A stretch of DNA of 64,000 bases, taken from the NCBI RefSeq assembly GCF_009914755.1, contig NC_060930.1; one strand, written 5' to 3'. The stretch comes from the human T2T-CHM13v2.0 reference genome, Homo sapiens. The notes under the pieces were generated by a model. That model was not told the DNA's origin and ran no database searches. It saw only the letters and a list, made by a program, of their open reading frames with translations. Positions within the stretch are counted from its first letter, which is position 1. The number at the start of each line of letters is the position of its first letter. Below are positions 11,613 through 26,409 of the stretch, piece by piece. Made by a program: the position numbers and the translations under genes.

Positions 11613-14000
11613 CACTGCCTGATCACCTTGGAAGCCTACAGGACCATCACAGATGCTCTAGGTAACTCTCACAGTGGAGGGTAAGTCTGTCCCCTTCTTA
11701 ATCAATATGGAGGCTACCCACTGCACATTACCTTCTTTTCAAGGGCCTGTTTCCCTTGCCTCCATAACTGTTGTGGGTATTGGCGGCCAGGCTTCTAAAC
11801 CTCTTAAAACCCCCCAACTCTGGTGCCAACTTAGACAATACTCTTTTAAGCACCCCTTTTTAATTATCCCCACCTGCCCAGTTCCCTTATTAGGCTGAGG
11901 CACTTTAACTAAATTATCTGCTTCCCTGACTATTCCTGGACTACAGCCGCATCTCATTGCTGCCCTTCTCCCCAACCCAAAGCCTCCTTCATGTCCTCCT
12001 CTTGTATCCCCCTACCTTAACCCACAAGTATAAGATACCTCTAATCCCTCCTTGGTGACTGATTACGCACCCCTTACCATCTCATTAAAACCTAATCACC
12101 CTTGCCCTGCTCAATGCCAAGATCCCATCCCACAGCACGCTTTGGGCATTAAAGCCTGTTATCACTCGCCTGCTACAGCATGGTGTTTTAAAGCCTATAA
12201 ACTCTCCTTACAATTCCCCCATTTTACCTATCCTAGAACCAGACAAGCCTTACAAGTTAGTTCAGGATCTGCGCCTTATCAACCAAATTGTTTTGCCTAT
12301 CCACCCCATGGTGCCGAACCCATATACTCTCCTATCCTCAATACCTCCCTCTACAACCCATTATTCTGTTCTAGATCTCAAACATGCTTTCTTTACTATT
12401 CCTTTGCACCCTTCATCCCAGCCTCTCTTCGCTTTCACTTGGACTGACCCTGACACCCATCAGGCTCAGCAAATTACCTGGGCTGTACTGCTGCAAGGCT
12501 TCACAGACATCCCTCATTACTTCAGTCAAGCTCAAATTTCTTCCTCATCTGTTACCTGTCTCAGCGTAATTCTTATAAAAACACACGTGCTCTCCCTGCC
12601 GATCATGTCTGACTGATCTCTCAAACCCCAACACCTTCTACATCCTAGGCATGGTTAGATACTTTCGACTTTAGATACCTGGTTTTGCCATCCTAACAAA
12701 ACCATTATATAAACTCACAAAAAGAAACCTAGCTGACCCCATAGATCCTAAATCCTTTCCCCACTCGTTTTTCTGTTCCTTGAAGACAGCTTTAGAGACT
12801 GCCCGCAACAGAGCTCTCCCTGACTCATCCCAACCCTTTTCATTACACACAGCTGAAGTGCAGGGCTGTGCAGTCAGAATTTTTACAGGACTGGGATCGC
12901 GTCCTGTAGCCTTTTTGTCCAAACAACTTGACCTTACTGTTTTAGGCTGACCATCATGTCTCCGTGCAGTGGCTCCTGCCCCCCTAATACTTTCAGAGGC
13001 CTTTAAAATAACAAACTATGCTCAACTCACTCTCTACAGTTCTCATAACTTCCAAAATCTATCTTCTTCCTCATACCTGATTCATATACTTTCTGCTCCC
13101 CAGCTCCTTCAGCTGTACTCACTCTTTGTTAAGTCCCACAATTATCATTGTTCCTGGCCCAGACTTCAATCTGGCCTCCCACATTATTCCTGATACCACA
13201 CCTGACCCTCATGACTGTATCTCTCTGATCCACCTGACGTTCACCCCATTTCCCCACATTTCCTTCTTCCCTGTTTCTCACCCTGATCACTCTTAGTTTA
13301 TTGATGGCAGCTCCACCAGGCCTAATCGCCACACACCAGCAAAGGCAGGCTATGCTATAGTACAAGCCACTAGCCCGCCTCTTAGAACCTCTCATTTCCT
13401 TTCCATCGTGGAAATCTATCCTCAAGGAAATAACTTCTCAGTGTTCCATCTGCTATTCTACTACTCCTCAGGGATTATTCAGGCCCCCTCCCTTCCCTAC
13501 ACATCAAGCTTGAGGATTTGCCCCCACCCAGGACTGGCAAATTAGCTTTACTCAACATGCCCCGAGTCAGATAACTAAAATACCTCTTAGTCTAGGTAGA
13601 CACTTTCACTGGATAGGTAGAGGCCTTTCCTACAGGGTCTGAGAAGGCCACCGCAGTCATTTCTTCCCTTCTGTCAGACATAATTCCTCAGTTTAGCCTT
13701 CCCACCTCTCTACAGTCTGATAACAGACCAGCCTTTATTAGTCAAATCAGCCAAGCAGTTTTTCAGGCTGTTAGTATTCAGTGAAACTTTTATATCCCTT
13801 ACGGTCCTCCATCTTCAGGAAAAGTAGAACGGAGTAAAGGTCTTTTAAAAACACACCTCACCAAGCTCAGCCACCAACTTAAAAAGGACTGGACAATACT
13901 TTTACTACTTTCCCTTCTCAGAAGTCAGACCTGTCCTCAGAATGCTACAAGGTACAGCCCATTTGAGCTCCTGTATAGACGCTCCGTTTTATTAGGCCCA
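11613..14000 (+). pseudogene. HERV-H pro-pol remnant (protease, partial RT, partial RNase H/integrase) with deletions, stops and frameshifts
   Basis: Protease-like FLINMEATH...IIPTCPVPLLG (catalytic D replaced by N); RT motif SVLDLKHAFFTIPLHP...WAVLLQGF; integrase-like segment about 13530-13990. Fragmented ORFs only. Confidence 0.85.
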
Positions 14001-14612
14001 GTCTCATTCCAGACACCAGACCAACTTAGACTGTGCCCCAAAAAACTTGTCATCCCTACTATCTTCTGTCTAGTCATACTCTTATTCACCGTTCTCAACT
14101 ACTCATACATGCCCGGCTCTTGTTTACACTGCCGGTTTACACCGTTTCTCCAAGCCATCACAGCTGATATTTCCTGGTGCTATCCCCAAACTGCCACTCT
14201 TAACTCTTGAAGTAAATAATCTTTGCTGGTAGGACTATGCTGAATCTCCTTAGGCACTCTCTAATCAGATGTCCTGAGTCGTCCCAATTCTTAGACCTTT
14301 TATACCTATTTTTCTCCTTCTCTCATTCCATTTAGTTTTTCAATTCATACAAAACTGTATCCAGGCCATCACCAATAATTCTAAATGACAAATATTCCTT
14401 CTAACAACCCCACAATATCACCCCTTACCACAAAATCTCCCTTCAGATTAATCTCTCCCACTCTAGGTTCCCATGCCACCCCTAATCCCGCTCGAAGCAG
14501 CCCTGAGAAACATCGCCCATTATCTCTCCATACCATCCCCCAAAATTTTCGCTGTCCGAACACTTTACCACTATTTCATTTTATTTTTCTTATTAATATA
14601 AGAAGATAGGAA

Positions 14613-15017
14613 TATCAGGCCTCTGAGCCCAAGCTAAGCCATCATATTCCCTGTGGCCTGCACGTACACATCCAGATGGCCGGTTCCTGCCTTAACTGAT
14701 GACATTCCACCACAAAAGAAGTGAAAATGGCCTGTTCCTGCTTTAACTGATGACATTGTCTTGCGAAATTCCTCCTCCTGGCTCATCCTGGCTCAAAAGC
14801 TCCCCCACTGAGTACCTTGTGACCCCCTCAGTCCTGCCTGCCAGAGAACAACACCCCTTTTTCCTTTACCTACCCAAATCCTATAAAACGGCCCCACCCC
14901 ATCTCTCTTCGCTGACTCTCTTTTTGGACTCAGCCCGCCTGCACCCAGGTGAAATAAACAGCCATGTTGCTCACACAAAGCCTGTTTGGTGGTCTCTTCA
15001 CACGGACGCGCATGAAA
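14613..15017 (+). mobile_element. HERV-H 3' LTR (LTR7 family)
   Basis: Direct repeat of 9104-9505; starts TA rather than TG. TATAAAA 14882-14888, AATAAA 14953-14958. Confidence 0.95.
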
Positions 15018-17065
15018 ACAGGGTCTCTGTCTGTTATCCAGGCAGGAGTGAAGTGGCACAATGATGACTCACTGCAGCCTCAAACTCCTGGGCTCAATGG
15101 AAGCCTCCCACCTTAGCCTCCTGAGCAGCTAGGACTACAAGCATGCATCACCACACCCAGCTAATTTTTAAAATTTATTTTTGTAGAGATGAGGTCTTGC
15201 TATGTTGCCCAGGCTGGTCTCAAACTCCTGGCCTCAAGTGATTCTCCTGCCTTGGCCTCCCAAAGTGTTGGAATTAGAGATGTGAGCCACCACATCTAGC
15301 CTAAATTTGTGTTTTCAGACATAAAATTGTCACCTTTCAAAAAGGAGCTCTCTGTTGTGCTAAAACAGCCCACTGATGACAAAGAAACCACTCACTAGCA
15401 AGGCACCAAACCAAGTGGTGAGTGAAAAGAAGTGCCAGGTTACTAAGCCCATAAATTTGAGATACAAAAACCAGTGGGGAACACTAGAGAGGCAGATCTA
15501 GAGACTGAGGTGGAAACCTCTGGAAACACAAAAGGTATCTGAGAACTAGACTGTGACTCTTGAGAATTACAAAAAGGTCAGACACGCCAAAAATAAACCC
15601 TCCAAAAGCTGTTTTCTAAGCATCTCACCAGGCTTCAGTTGCACCCCATGTGGCTTTATGGGACCCAGGGCAGAGTTCATATCACACTCAGCTGAACCCT
15701 GGTTGACCTTTGGAGTCATAGCTCATAAATCATCCCTGTTTTCCCAAATTTCGGGGCACAAATTGTACCTTTCTCCAAGGGCACCCACTTGGAGACAATC
15801 TCCTACTTTGAGGAACTGTGATATTTTCCTAGTCTTGTAAAATAGTATTACTTTCTGGTCCTCCAGGGAGGAGAACAAGGGACAAGTGGAACACTTTGCT
15901 GTGAAGAATACACATCCTGGCTACAGGACTTGGTCTTCACATCTCAAGTGCCACCAGCAATAGTATTAGTACTCCCACCATTGGGAGAGAAAGCAGTGAC
16001 AACTATGCTGCTTTCCAGGGACTGAACTGAAAGAAATTGTGCCCCACAAGTGGCTGTATTGTGGCATCCCATTTTCATTTAATTCCTCTCTACATCCAAG
16101 CCTGCAGACTTTATACACTGAAAATGGTATAGATTGGGATACCCAGGTTTATATTATCAACTCTGAAGCTAAATGGCATGTGATCTCTGCAACATCCCAA
16201 ACCTGAGATGTTTTGGGGACATAGAAGAGGAAGAAGCCAGGGGAGGCTTAGATATCTGTTTAAAGAATTTGCTGTCATTTTATCCTAGGACAGAAGATGT
16301 TATGGTACACATCCCTTCCCAATAGGGAACAAACTTTACCAAACTACAAGTGAATCAGAAATTCTGCTTCTGAGTTAATTATGCCAGTAACCTGGGAATT
16401 ACCTTCTTTATCTTGGCAAGAGTAGCTACTGCTAAGAAAACAAACAAGAAGTTTTGAAGAGCTCAATAGAGACACGTGCCAATGAACAAGGTGAGATGCT
16501 GTCTCTGAAGATATTGAACAATGTCACTTCAAAGCACCCCTAAACTATGAAGAAAATGCTGTTTTGTTGCTGCAACTGATGGTACCCACCTTGAATTCTG
16601 AAAAATGTTTGAGCCACATTCCTATAATTTTGATGTTTGCTTTTAATTTATGTTTTATAGCCCAGGGCTCTCACACCTGGCAATAAATTTATGAGATTTC
16701 CAGAGGAATTACATGTCTGAAATGCATGTGTGAACCTATAATCAAGCACAAAGAAAAGAGAGATGTGACCAGCATCAGGCACCATGTCTTGGCAAAGTTA
16801 GACAGATGTCTCTCAAACCCTCTATGTTATTGGCCCCCAGTGTGAGATTCAAGGCCTCGGGAGTCTTTGGGGCCCTAATTCATCAAAAACAAAGCAGAAA
16901 AAAAAAACTTTTAAATCTTCCCATTCCCCAATTCCTCTTGGTATTAACAGAAATGCAAAGTTTCAGAAACTCAGCCCTTTATCTTATCTACTACCATGAC
17001 ATGCACGTCAACAAGTCTCACAGAGCTATCACCTCTCAGTCCCTCTTTTCTTTTTTTCTTCCTCA

Positions 17066-17435
<370 letters not shown>

Positions 17436-18074
17436 TCAGAAGTATTAAAATGTGTTTTAATTTATCACCAGCAATCAAAGTGGGCAAGGACATTCAGTAG
17501 CTACTGAGGAATATAGAAAACTGGGTCTTTAAACAAAAATGAGGAGGGCCTCTCTTCATTTGGGAGGTGGTGGTGTTATTGAACTGTTTAGACTGACTCT
17601 GTTGAGTGTTTTCTATATAAAATGTTAATATGGAAAAGAGTGTGAAGAAGCCCTAGCTTTATCAGAATCCCTGTTTTTTTTTCATCCCGCTAAGTTCTGT
17701 TGAATAAGCTGTTGGTCATATTCTTCACAATGCTATTCTCATGTTTGTTTTCTCATGTTGGTTGATAGCATCACTAGTTATACAAGCCAGAAGTACAGGA
17801 GAAAGTTTACCACCCAGCAAACTCTCCTCTTCTCCTCAGTAACAGGCCCACCATGTCCTGTTGATTTTATATTTAAATATCCTTTTGATGCCTGTTACCA
17901 CCGTCTTAGCTTAGACCTTCATCAATTCTTGCTTGAACTTTAGTCTAGTGTTTTGATGGGTCTTCCTCCTTTCATTTTTCTCCAATCCATTCTCTACATC
18001 ACTGCCACAATAAATGATGAAAACTATGTATACCTGATCAAATCACTGAATCTCTTTGATTATTCCCTAACCTA

Positions 18075-18325
18075 CAGCAGTAGTTTTCAATTCTCACTAT
18101 ACATTATAATTACTTGTGGAACCTTAAAAAAAATACTGATGCACAAGTCTCATCCCCAGAAGTTCTTATTCATCTAATCCTTTGTTACTCAAAACGTGGT
18201 CTTAGAACAGCACTGGAATTAAGAATTGCAGAATCCCAGGCCCCACCCTAACCTACTAAATCAGAGTCTGTGTTTTAACAAGATTCCTCAGTGTTTTATA
18301 AGTACAATAGAATTTGAGAAGAATC
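18075..18325. mobile_element. MER5A-like hAT fragments
   Basis: gcagaatcccaggccccaccctaacctactaaatcagagtctgtgttttaacaagattcctcagtg resembles MER5A. Confidence 0.65.
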
Positions 18326-21199
18326 AGTTTAGGACATTGGTATTTTTCCTGTAAGTCCACTAGGTGAATTTAATGTGCAAAGTTAAGAGATGCTTAGTAT
18401 GGCATGGAAGTCCCCTCCTCACCTCTCTAACAGAATCTCACCATTTACAGCAACTCCATCTTCTCTGCCTCTATCACATTCCAAAAATAATCCAAACAGA
18501 ATCCTCCATGCTATTTCAGGTGTTTGTACACTTGCACATACTGTGAATGTCCTTTTCTTCTCCTGCTTCATTTTCCTTAAGATAAACCTCTAATCATCTT
18601 TCAAAATCCTCCTTCAGTGTTTGTGAAGCCTTTCCCTAGAGGCCTTCGCCACGCTTACTTCCCAGAAAGTCTTATTTCTCCCTCTCTCTGTGTTACTTCT
18701 CCATTTCTCTTTTGGCATATTTTTCTGTGTTGCAGGTACTCGCTTACATATCTGTCTTGTCTACCAGACTCTGAATTCCCCAAGGAAAGGAATAAAGTAT
18801 CCATCCCCAACCCCATGTCTACATAGTACCTAGCCCATGGGGTATAGTCAGTAATTTGGACTGAACAAAAGAAAAACAGATTAGAAATCAAGATTACTTT
18901 GGACCTCTCTAAAGACTTAATAATACTGTCCACAGATATCTTCCCCTGACAGAAAGTTTGGCTCTAGCTCAAAGCCAATATTCCTCACTTCATTAGGGTC
19001 CCTGCTCTAATATCACCTAGTCAAAGTTGAAAGGACTTCCCTGAGAACCCCATCTGAAACAGAACCCTCCTGTACATTGACACATACATGTACATGCACA
19101 CACTGCTCACTCTGTATCCCCGCTCCTGCTTTTTTGCATCACTGGTCTTCATAGCATTTAAGCAAATTTATAACCTAATGTTATATTTATTTTATCTATT
19201 TTTCTCCTTACATTAGAAGGTGAGCTCTGCAAAGTGGGAGGCTTGGTCAGTTTTTCCCTACTGTATCCCCAATACCTACAACAGTGTCTCACACGTAGTA
19301 AGCACTCAGTAATTATTTACATATTGAATGAATGGATGAATCCTGATTTAGGTAAGGAATCTTTAAATAAGTATTTCCTAAGGTGTTTTGTTGTAATGTT
19401 AATAGATGTTACACAAAGAGAAATCCTGGGTTAAACAAAGTTAAGTGGGTTTTTTTGTTTGTTTTACTATAAGACTCCTCAAAGCCTACATTACTACATT
19501 ACTGTATGCTGGAAATCTCTAATCAAGGAATAGAATTAGTATGTAATATTTCCACAACACAGAACCTTTAGGCATGAGGTTCTACACATGCAAGTGGTAC
19601 AAAATGATGGGATCTTGCATTTCCCTCTCAGATCCTTGCTCCACTGCCCTGGGACTCAGGATCTAAACGTGTCAATTCAACACCTGTGTGGTCTTTGATG
19701 CCCCCCCTCCTCCCCCGCAGTGGTGACTGGGCTTCTCTAATCAGATTCTTGAAACTTCCCTCTTCACCTCATTATACATATCGGTTCACACACCTTGTTT
19801 CTGTTTTGTTTTCTACAGCAACAACCGACTGGTGTCCCAGGCCTTTTGGGAGGCCTGAAGCATATGCTCCTCTTGTCTGGAGCCCTGAGTCCTGGGAAGG
19901 CTTCCAGACACTGCTGGCCTACCTGCACTTCCTAGAGCTGCTTCCGCTTTGGGACCACTTGTTAGAATCGAGAGCAGAATTTTTTCAAATCTCCTTGGAC
20001 TCTGTGTCTTAGTGACTACCCGGACAAGAACAACAATAGGTAAAACTAATGAGCTCCTAAGCATTTTTTCATAAATTAATTCATTCTTGTATGTATTTTA
20101 CAGATAAGAAAAGTGAGACCTAGTAAGGTTATATAACTTGTCCAAGGTTACTCAGCTGGTAAATGACAGAGCTAGGGTTTAAAACTAAACTCAAATACTT
20201 GCCTATCCTCATCTCCAGACTTACCAACCCTGGTTATTAGCAGGTTTGACATCCTGGACTAATACATATACTTACTGCTCTCCCAGACCATCTGCTTTTT
20301 AGCTCTATGATTGAATCACCATGAGTGACAATGGATCTCAAGACATTGCATCTCACCCCCATGTCTTCCTACAAGGCTCTTTCATTATCTGTTGTGGTTA
20401 CATATATTTCAATTAAGCAGAGCCCACAGAAAATGCTTAATACATCTGTTCCTTCATGCAATGAACATTGTTGATCACCTGTGTCAGGGACTGCACAGAT
20501 GAATAAGACTGGTTCGTCTCATACTTCCCCAACCCAGAGCTCTTGGCCTGTAGAGGACCAAGGAATTGAGGAGTAGGAATTGAGAAGACAAATCACACAT
20601 CTAACTGGAACCTGCATTAATGAACCCATAACTAGGCTGGCACACTTCCTTGCAGCTTCCCTTTATTACACACTGGTATTGGATGCACACACAACTGTAT
20701 GGCCCCTTGCCTGAACTACCTGTGTGAAAGAGCCTGCAAACAACGCATCAAATATGTTGAAAATCCATTGACATTTGCCTTAATCACTGAACATAGGCAG
20801 AAGGATTAGCTTATTCTATACCATTTCATTGCAGTGGCCAGACCGAAAAAAAAAAAGTTTGTAATTAAAATAATTTTTAAATATGCATGAAACCATGACT
20901 AATTTATAATTATACCCAAAAGCGGAAGCAAAACATCTGGACACATATATTTAAAGTTCAGGTGAGAAGCCTTTAAAGTAACATTTAGGAAGCCTCTACC
21001 TGTTTATCTACTTTCATGCCTTATTAGCTACTAAAAGAGAGGTGAACAGTTTCAAACAGGGTAGACAAAAAAGCAAAGAATAACACTGCAAAAAAAGCTC
21101 TTCCCAAAAAATCACCAGCACATGATGAGGATGGGACCTATTAATTCCTCCTTCCAGAAAGGGCATTTAAGCAATTCAGTAAAGAGCACAGTATCTTCA

Positions 21200-21409
<210 letters not shown>

Positions 21410-22035
21410 GCACGGTATCTGCTGTCCCTGGAGAAAACTGCAATGTGCCACAGCACTCTAGTGTTTCCTTGGACACCCAATTCACCCACTGGAACACACA
21501 CCTCATTTTCACTACTGTTAGAGTCATTCTAAGAGCCAGAGTCAGGTGAATTTCCAGGCCTTTTTTTTTTTTTTTGTCAGCACACAATCGGGATGGAATG
21601 AATATGTTCATTTCAGGGAACAGAGGAAAAAAAAAATCACAAGAATAGTAACTGCCACCTTGTGAGGTGTGGTAACAGCTGCCAGGTGCTTTGATATGTT
21701 CTATCATTGGGACCTCACAGGACTACATATTGAGGTGCAGGAGACATGGTTCAGAGACCACTTGTTGGGCAAGTGGAGGAGTCAGGATTTGAACCCAATG
21801 TGTAAGACTCCAAAAGCTGGCACTTGTTCCCCACCTCTCTCTACCTCTTGAAAAAGGCTGGCTTCAAGAAAGCCTGTAGTCAAATACCTTTGGATTTCTA
21901 GCCTGTTATGGAGGAATGGCTTATAGAGCCCTGGAGTTTGGCTCTGTAAAAAAAAAAAAAAAAAAATTAGTATATGGATTGTATTAAAAGATCTAAAAAA
22001 ATTGATGTTATTCAAACATTTATCCCTTCCTATGA

Positions 22036-22398
<363 letters not shown>

Positions 22399-23744
22399 CA
22401 AGTTCCATTTTAAAGCTCCTATTGAGCCTCTATGTGTGAGGAGCCAAGCTAAATGTTGGGTTTACAACAGCAAGAAAAAACATGGTCATTGTCCTTGAAG
22501 CACTTATAGTCTAATGAGAGAATACAAACTTTAAAGTGATCAGTTTTATTAGCTAGTTTACAGTCAAGCACGAGATTAAGTAGATGACACTATACACAGA
22601 GGAAGGGCTCCGTGCCTGGCCTGGAATGTCACCAGAGGCTTTCTATAGAAGGATGTTGAGCAGAGGAAGAGAACCATACACCATGACACAAAAATCATAC
22701 AGTAGGCCCTTAATGAACAACTGTTGACTGAATAGTGCCCTAGGCAGAGGGGCAGGAGAAAGGGACCAAGAGTGGCTCCAACACTTTGGCTCACAGGGTT
22801 GGATGGTGGGACCACCATCTGAGATAGGACATTGGAGGGGAGAGAATCTTCTGCCCCATCTCAGCCCACAGCTCTGGATAAAGGGCAGGGCCATAGGGAA
22901 AATATTAAAAATAGATACTTCACCCTGTCTTTATGGGCCCCTCCTCCCACACAAGTGATTGCCCAGGAGGGGACACCTGATTCACGCTGGGCCCATGAAC
23001 AAAGCAACACTGAAAGACAGAGTCAGTTGGCTGGGAGGACCTGAGCTGTTTATAGGGAGCATTTCCTTTGGAGTTGGTACTAGGGCAAGGCAGTCGTATG
23101 CCAGGTAGTTTGAGGGGAGCAGAACAGCCAGAAGTAGTATGATAAATCTATCCTTGCAGGGAAAAGCAAGGAAATGAGGCCAACTAGACAGGGAAGCAGA
23201 ATGGAGACAGAGACAACCCGTGAGAAAAGTAGGGACCACTTCACTCCCTGGCTTTCCAGCACCTGTGTCTTCATGCTCGGGAACTTACTTGTTCAGCCCT
23301 TGGATGCTGGGAAATGCTTTTCTCACAATAAACTCCCTTTGTCTTTACTGTGAGTGGATTTTTGTTTCTTACTGCCAAATATATACTAAGGCAGGACAGA
23401 TAAGTTTACTTTTTGAAACATTAATTCTAAGGTGCGGTATGCAGAGATGGGCAGCTGGTGGTAAACAGATAAGTAAAGGGCTTAGGAGAGACTTTATGAC
23501 CAGAGATAAAGATAGGGGCGTGCCACTTCTAGTTTCCAAACCCTTCTATTTCTCTCAATTTCTTAGCCAGTCCTATTTTTCTCCTCCCCCTTGCCAGCTG
23601 CTATGAAGAATGTGAGATGCCATTAAGTGTGGGGCTGGTCCTTTGATGAGCCATGTGAAAACAATTGGAATAATAACCCTGCCTAGCCAGTATCACAGGA
23701 GCATGATGAGGACAAAATGTCAGAGGGCTTAGAAAGGAGAAAAG

Positions 23745-24000
23745 AGAGCTTGGGCAACACAACTAGATCTCATTTCTACAAATCATTAAAAAATTAGCTG
23801 GGCCTGGTAGTGCACACCTGTGGGCTCAGCTACTCCGAAGGCTAAGGCGGGAGGATTTCCGGAGCCTGGAAAATCAAGGCTGCAGTGAGCCCTGATTGCA
23901 TCACTGCACTCCAGCCTGGGTGATAGAGAGATGGTGATAGACCCCATCTCATCAAAAAAAAAAAAAAAAGAAAGAAAAAAAAGAAAAAGAAAAAAAAAGA
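23745..24000 (+). mobile_element. Partial AluJ
   Basis: Diverged Alu right arm plus part of left arm; long A-rich tail. Confidence 0.85.
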
Positions 24001-25167
24001 CCTACAGGTATAGAAGGTTGCATCCTCATCTGCTGTGTCAAGTAGGCAGAGAAAAGACACCCTAAGGAAAGTAGGAATACCTCCAGGAGCAGGGCTGGAG
24101 AAATGGCTGTACACCGAGTGCCCTCTGTGTGCTTCCACTCTGCTTGGAACTTGGCAAGCATTATCTATTCTTAATGCTCAAAACAACACCATGAGAAAGT
24201 ATCATTATTATTTCCATTTTGCAGATGAGGATACAGAGACAGAGTGCTACTAGGGTAGGTAGCACTGGGGCTAATCACTGTTCACCCCAACTCTACCCAC
24301 ACTTCCACAGTTATAGACATGTGGACTGGCTGCATTTAGCAGCTTCGTGTTGGAAGGGGTAGTTGAGAGCTCATGGCTTACTACATGCACCTGGAGCCAA
24401 TCACGGGAAAGCTCTAGGAATCAACCAGCACCCATGAGTGGGAAGGAGGGGAAAGAAGCCACCTTACAAATGAATTTCCACTTTCTGAATCATAGTTCAA
24501 TCCAGGAAGACCAAGGCAATGGATTTTGCACCTACGACATAGCCTTCCACCTTCTTGGTTGCCACCCCAAACAAGAGTCAGTGGGCCCTAACACTGGGAG
24601 ATCTTGAGGCACTGAGGCTGTGGGGCTAGAGGTGAGGTCCAAGGTTGAAGAGAGGGAAAAAGAGCGGAGAGGAGAGCCCAGAGCCAAAGCCCATTTGCAG
24701 GAGCTCCTCATCAAAGGGGCTGCTCTTCTCTGCACTCATAGGGCTGCTGGGGCCTTGCAGGCCTGAATCCAAGGCTGTTGCCCTCAGTCCCCTGAGCTCT
24801 CACGCTGAGGGTGGCTAGGTCCTGTGCTGAGGCAACAACAGTCCACTTGGAAAAAATAGCTAGAAATCCTTTGACTGCTCTAAATCTCGGTTGTACTCAT
24901 TTACAAAAAGGAGAGAATAATGCCCACCTTGCAGTACTGCTCTGTGGGCAAAATGAGCTGATAGTGTAAAGGGGTTGTGAAAACTGAAGGACCACATCCT
25001 TGCTTGGCTATTACCCGATTATTCTTTGTGTGCAAGGTGACAGTCTCTCTTTTCAATGAACTACGTTTAAGGCATTGCATTTGCTTGTTAGTGACTGGAG
25101 ACAATATGTAATATGAGTTATGGATGCACGGATTGCCTGGGTGGGACGGCCGTGAAATGCTGTAGGA

Positions 25168-25686
25168 CAGGGGTTCTTAACCCTCAGGACACAGACTGGT
25201 TCATGGCCTGTTAGGAAACAAGCCACACAGCAGGAGGTGAGCAGCGGGTGAGCGAGCAAGGTTTCATCTGTATTTATAGCCACACCCCATCACTGGCATT
25301 ACCACCTGAGCTCCGCCTCCTGAGAGATCAGTGGCAGCATTAGATTCTCATAGGAGCACAAACCCTACTGTGAACTGTGCATGTGAAGGATCTAGGTTGA
25401 GCACTCCTTATGAGAATCTAATGCCTGATGATCTGTCACTGTCTTCCATCACCCCCAGATGGGACTGTCTAGTTGCAGAAAAATAAGCTCAGGGCCCTCA
25501 CTGATTCTACATTATGGTGAGTTGTATAATTATTTTATTATATATTAGAATATAATAATAGAAATAAAGTGTGCAATAAATGGAATGTGCTTGACTCATC
25601 CTAAATCCATCCCCCTGACCCCTGTCCTTGGAAAAATTGTCTTCCATGAAATCAGTCCATGGTGTCAAAAAGGTTGGGAACCGCTA
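25168..25686 (+). mobile_element. MER1A (hAT-Charlie non-autonomous DNA transposon), full length
   Basis: TIR-like ends CAGGGGTTCTTAACC / GGTTGGGAACCGCTA, about 520 bp, with the internal inverted repeat GCATTAGATTCTCATA/TATGAGAATCTAATGC. Confidence 0.9.
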
Positions 25687-26295
25687 TTCTAGGGGATGCC
25701 GTGACCTCCGTATCATATCTTACCTATGACCATCTCAGCACCAAATCCTACATGTGGTTCTCTAAGTCTACAGTTTTTCCTTTGTTTAGTTGTAATCCAT
25801 ATATTGAAATATACATTACGTAAAACCCAGTGTAGGAACATAGAGAAAATGTTTACCAAAATAACTGGAATATAAAGCAAATGCTTACCTGCCTCTATCG
25901 GGAGAGTCAAGTTAAAGCAACAACTACAAAATTCAAAACAAAAACTCCACCAAGGGATATTCTATAGAACATTATTCATTGAATAAATTCCATCTTTGTG
26001 ACTGCTGCCAATCACCTTGAAGATTTTATGACAGAGAAATCCTCTTTTTTCTTAAAAATGTATACTTGAAAGATGTATACTATCATTCTAAAACTTCACT
26101 TTTCCAATACAAAAACCAGAAAATTTAATCTTCATCTTTTACCAAGTATCTTTATCGCTGGATAAAAATATATTCCCTTCCAGGAAAACAAAAAGTTTCA
26201 AATTAGAAATACATCTAAACATATGAAACCTTATCAAAAAGAAATAGAGAAGAATGTTATTTGGCTTTAAACTGTCTTAAAGTTGGTACCCCCAC

Positions 26296-26409
26296 CTCTG
26301 TTTCAATACTCTTTGGTCAATTAGTCCATTATCAAGGTTTTCAGCTGGATAGAAAGATGGCATCTGCTCCCCATGCCTGGCTGGACTGGAGGACTCTTCA
26401 TCCCTGTAA
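26296..26409 (-). CDS. SAMD3: SAMD3 coding exon (114 nt, symmetric phase 2-2), linker
   Basis: CTTCTTTCTTAG acceptor, AG|GTGGGG donor. In frame: (D)YRDEESSSPARHGEQMPSFYPAENLDNGLIDQRVLKQ(R). Phases match both neighbours. Confidence 0.93.

Larger units (their letters stand above)
9104..15017 (+). mobile_element. HERV-H provirus (deleted, non-coding type, 5.9 kb), antisense to SAMD3
   Basis: Two about 400-bp LTRs; 5-bp TSD ACAGG (9099-9103, 15018-15022); PBS TGGTGCCGTGACTCGGAT (9508-9525) complementary to tRNA-His; PPT AAGAAGATAGGAA (14600-14612); C/T-rich internal region with gag/pro/pol remnants. Confidence 0.97.
9078..15301 (-). mobile_element. AluJ-type element split by the HERV-H insertion (9078-9103 plus 15018-15301)
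   Basis: T-tract + AGAGACAGG left of the provirus continues as ACAGGGTCTC...GAGCCACCACATCTAGCC to the right. Alu TSD TAAA(C/T)TTGTGTTTTC at 9068-9082 and 15302-15316. Confidence 0.9.

Noticed and set aside
14000-14612. Possible HERV-H env gene
   Set aside because: Only about 600 bp remain between integrase and the 3' LTR, with no long ORF; env is deleted.
25337-25424. Perfect 16-bp inverted repeat (possible miRNA-like hairpin)
   Set aside because: Built-in feature of the MER1A consensus; no locus-specific evidence.
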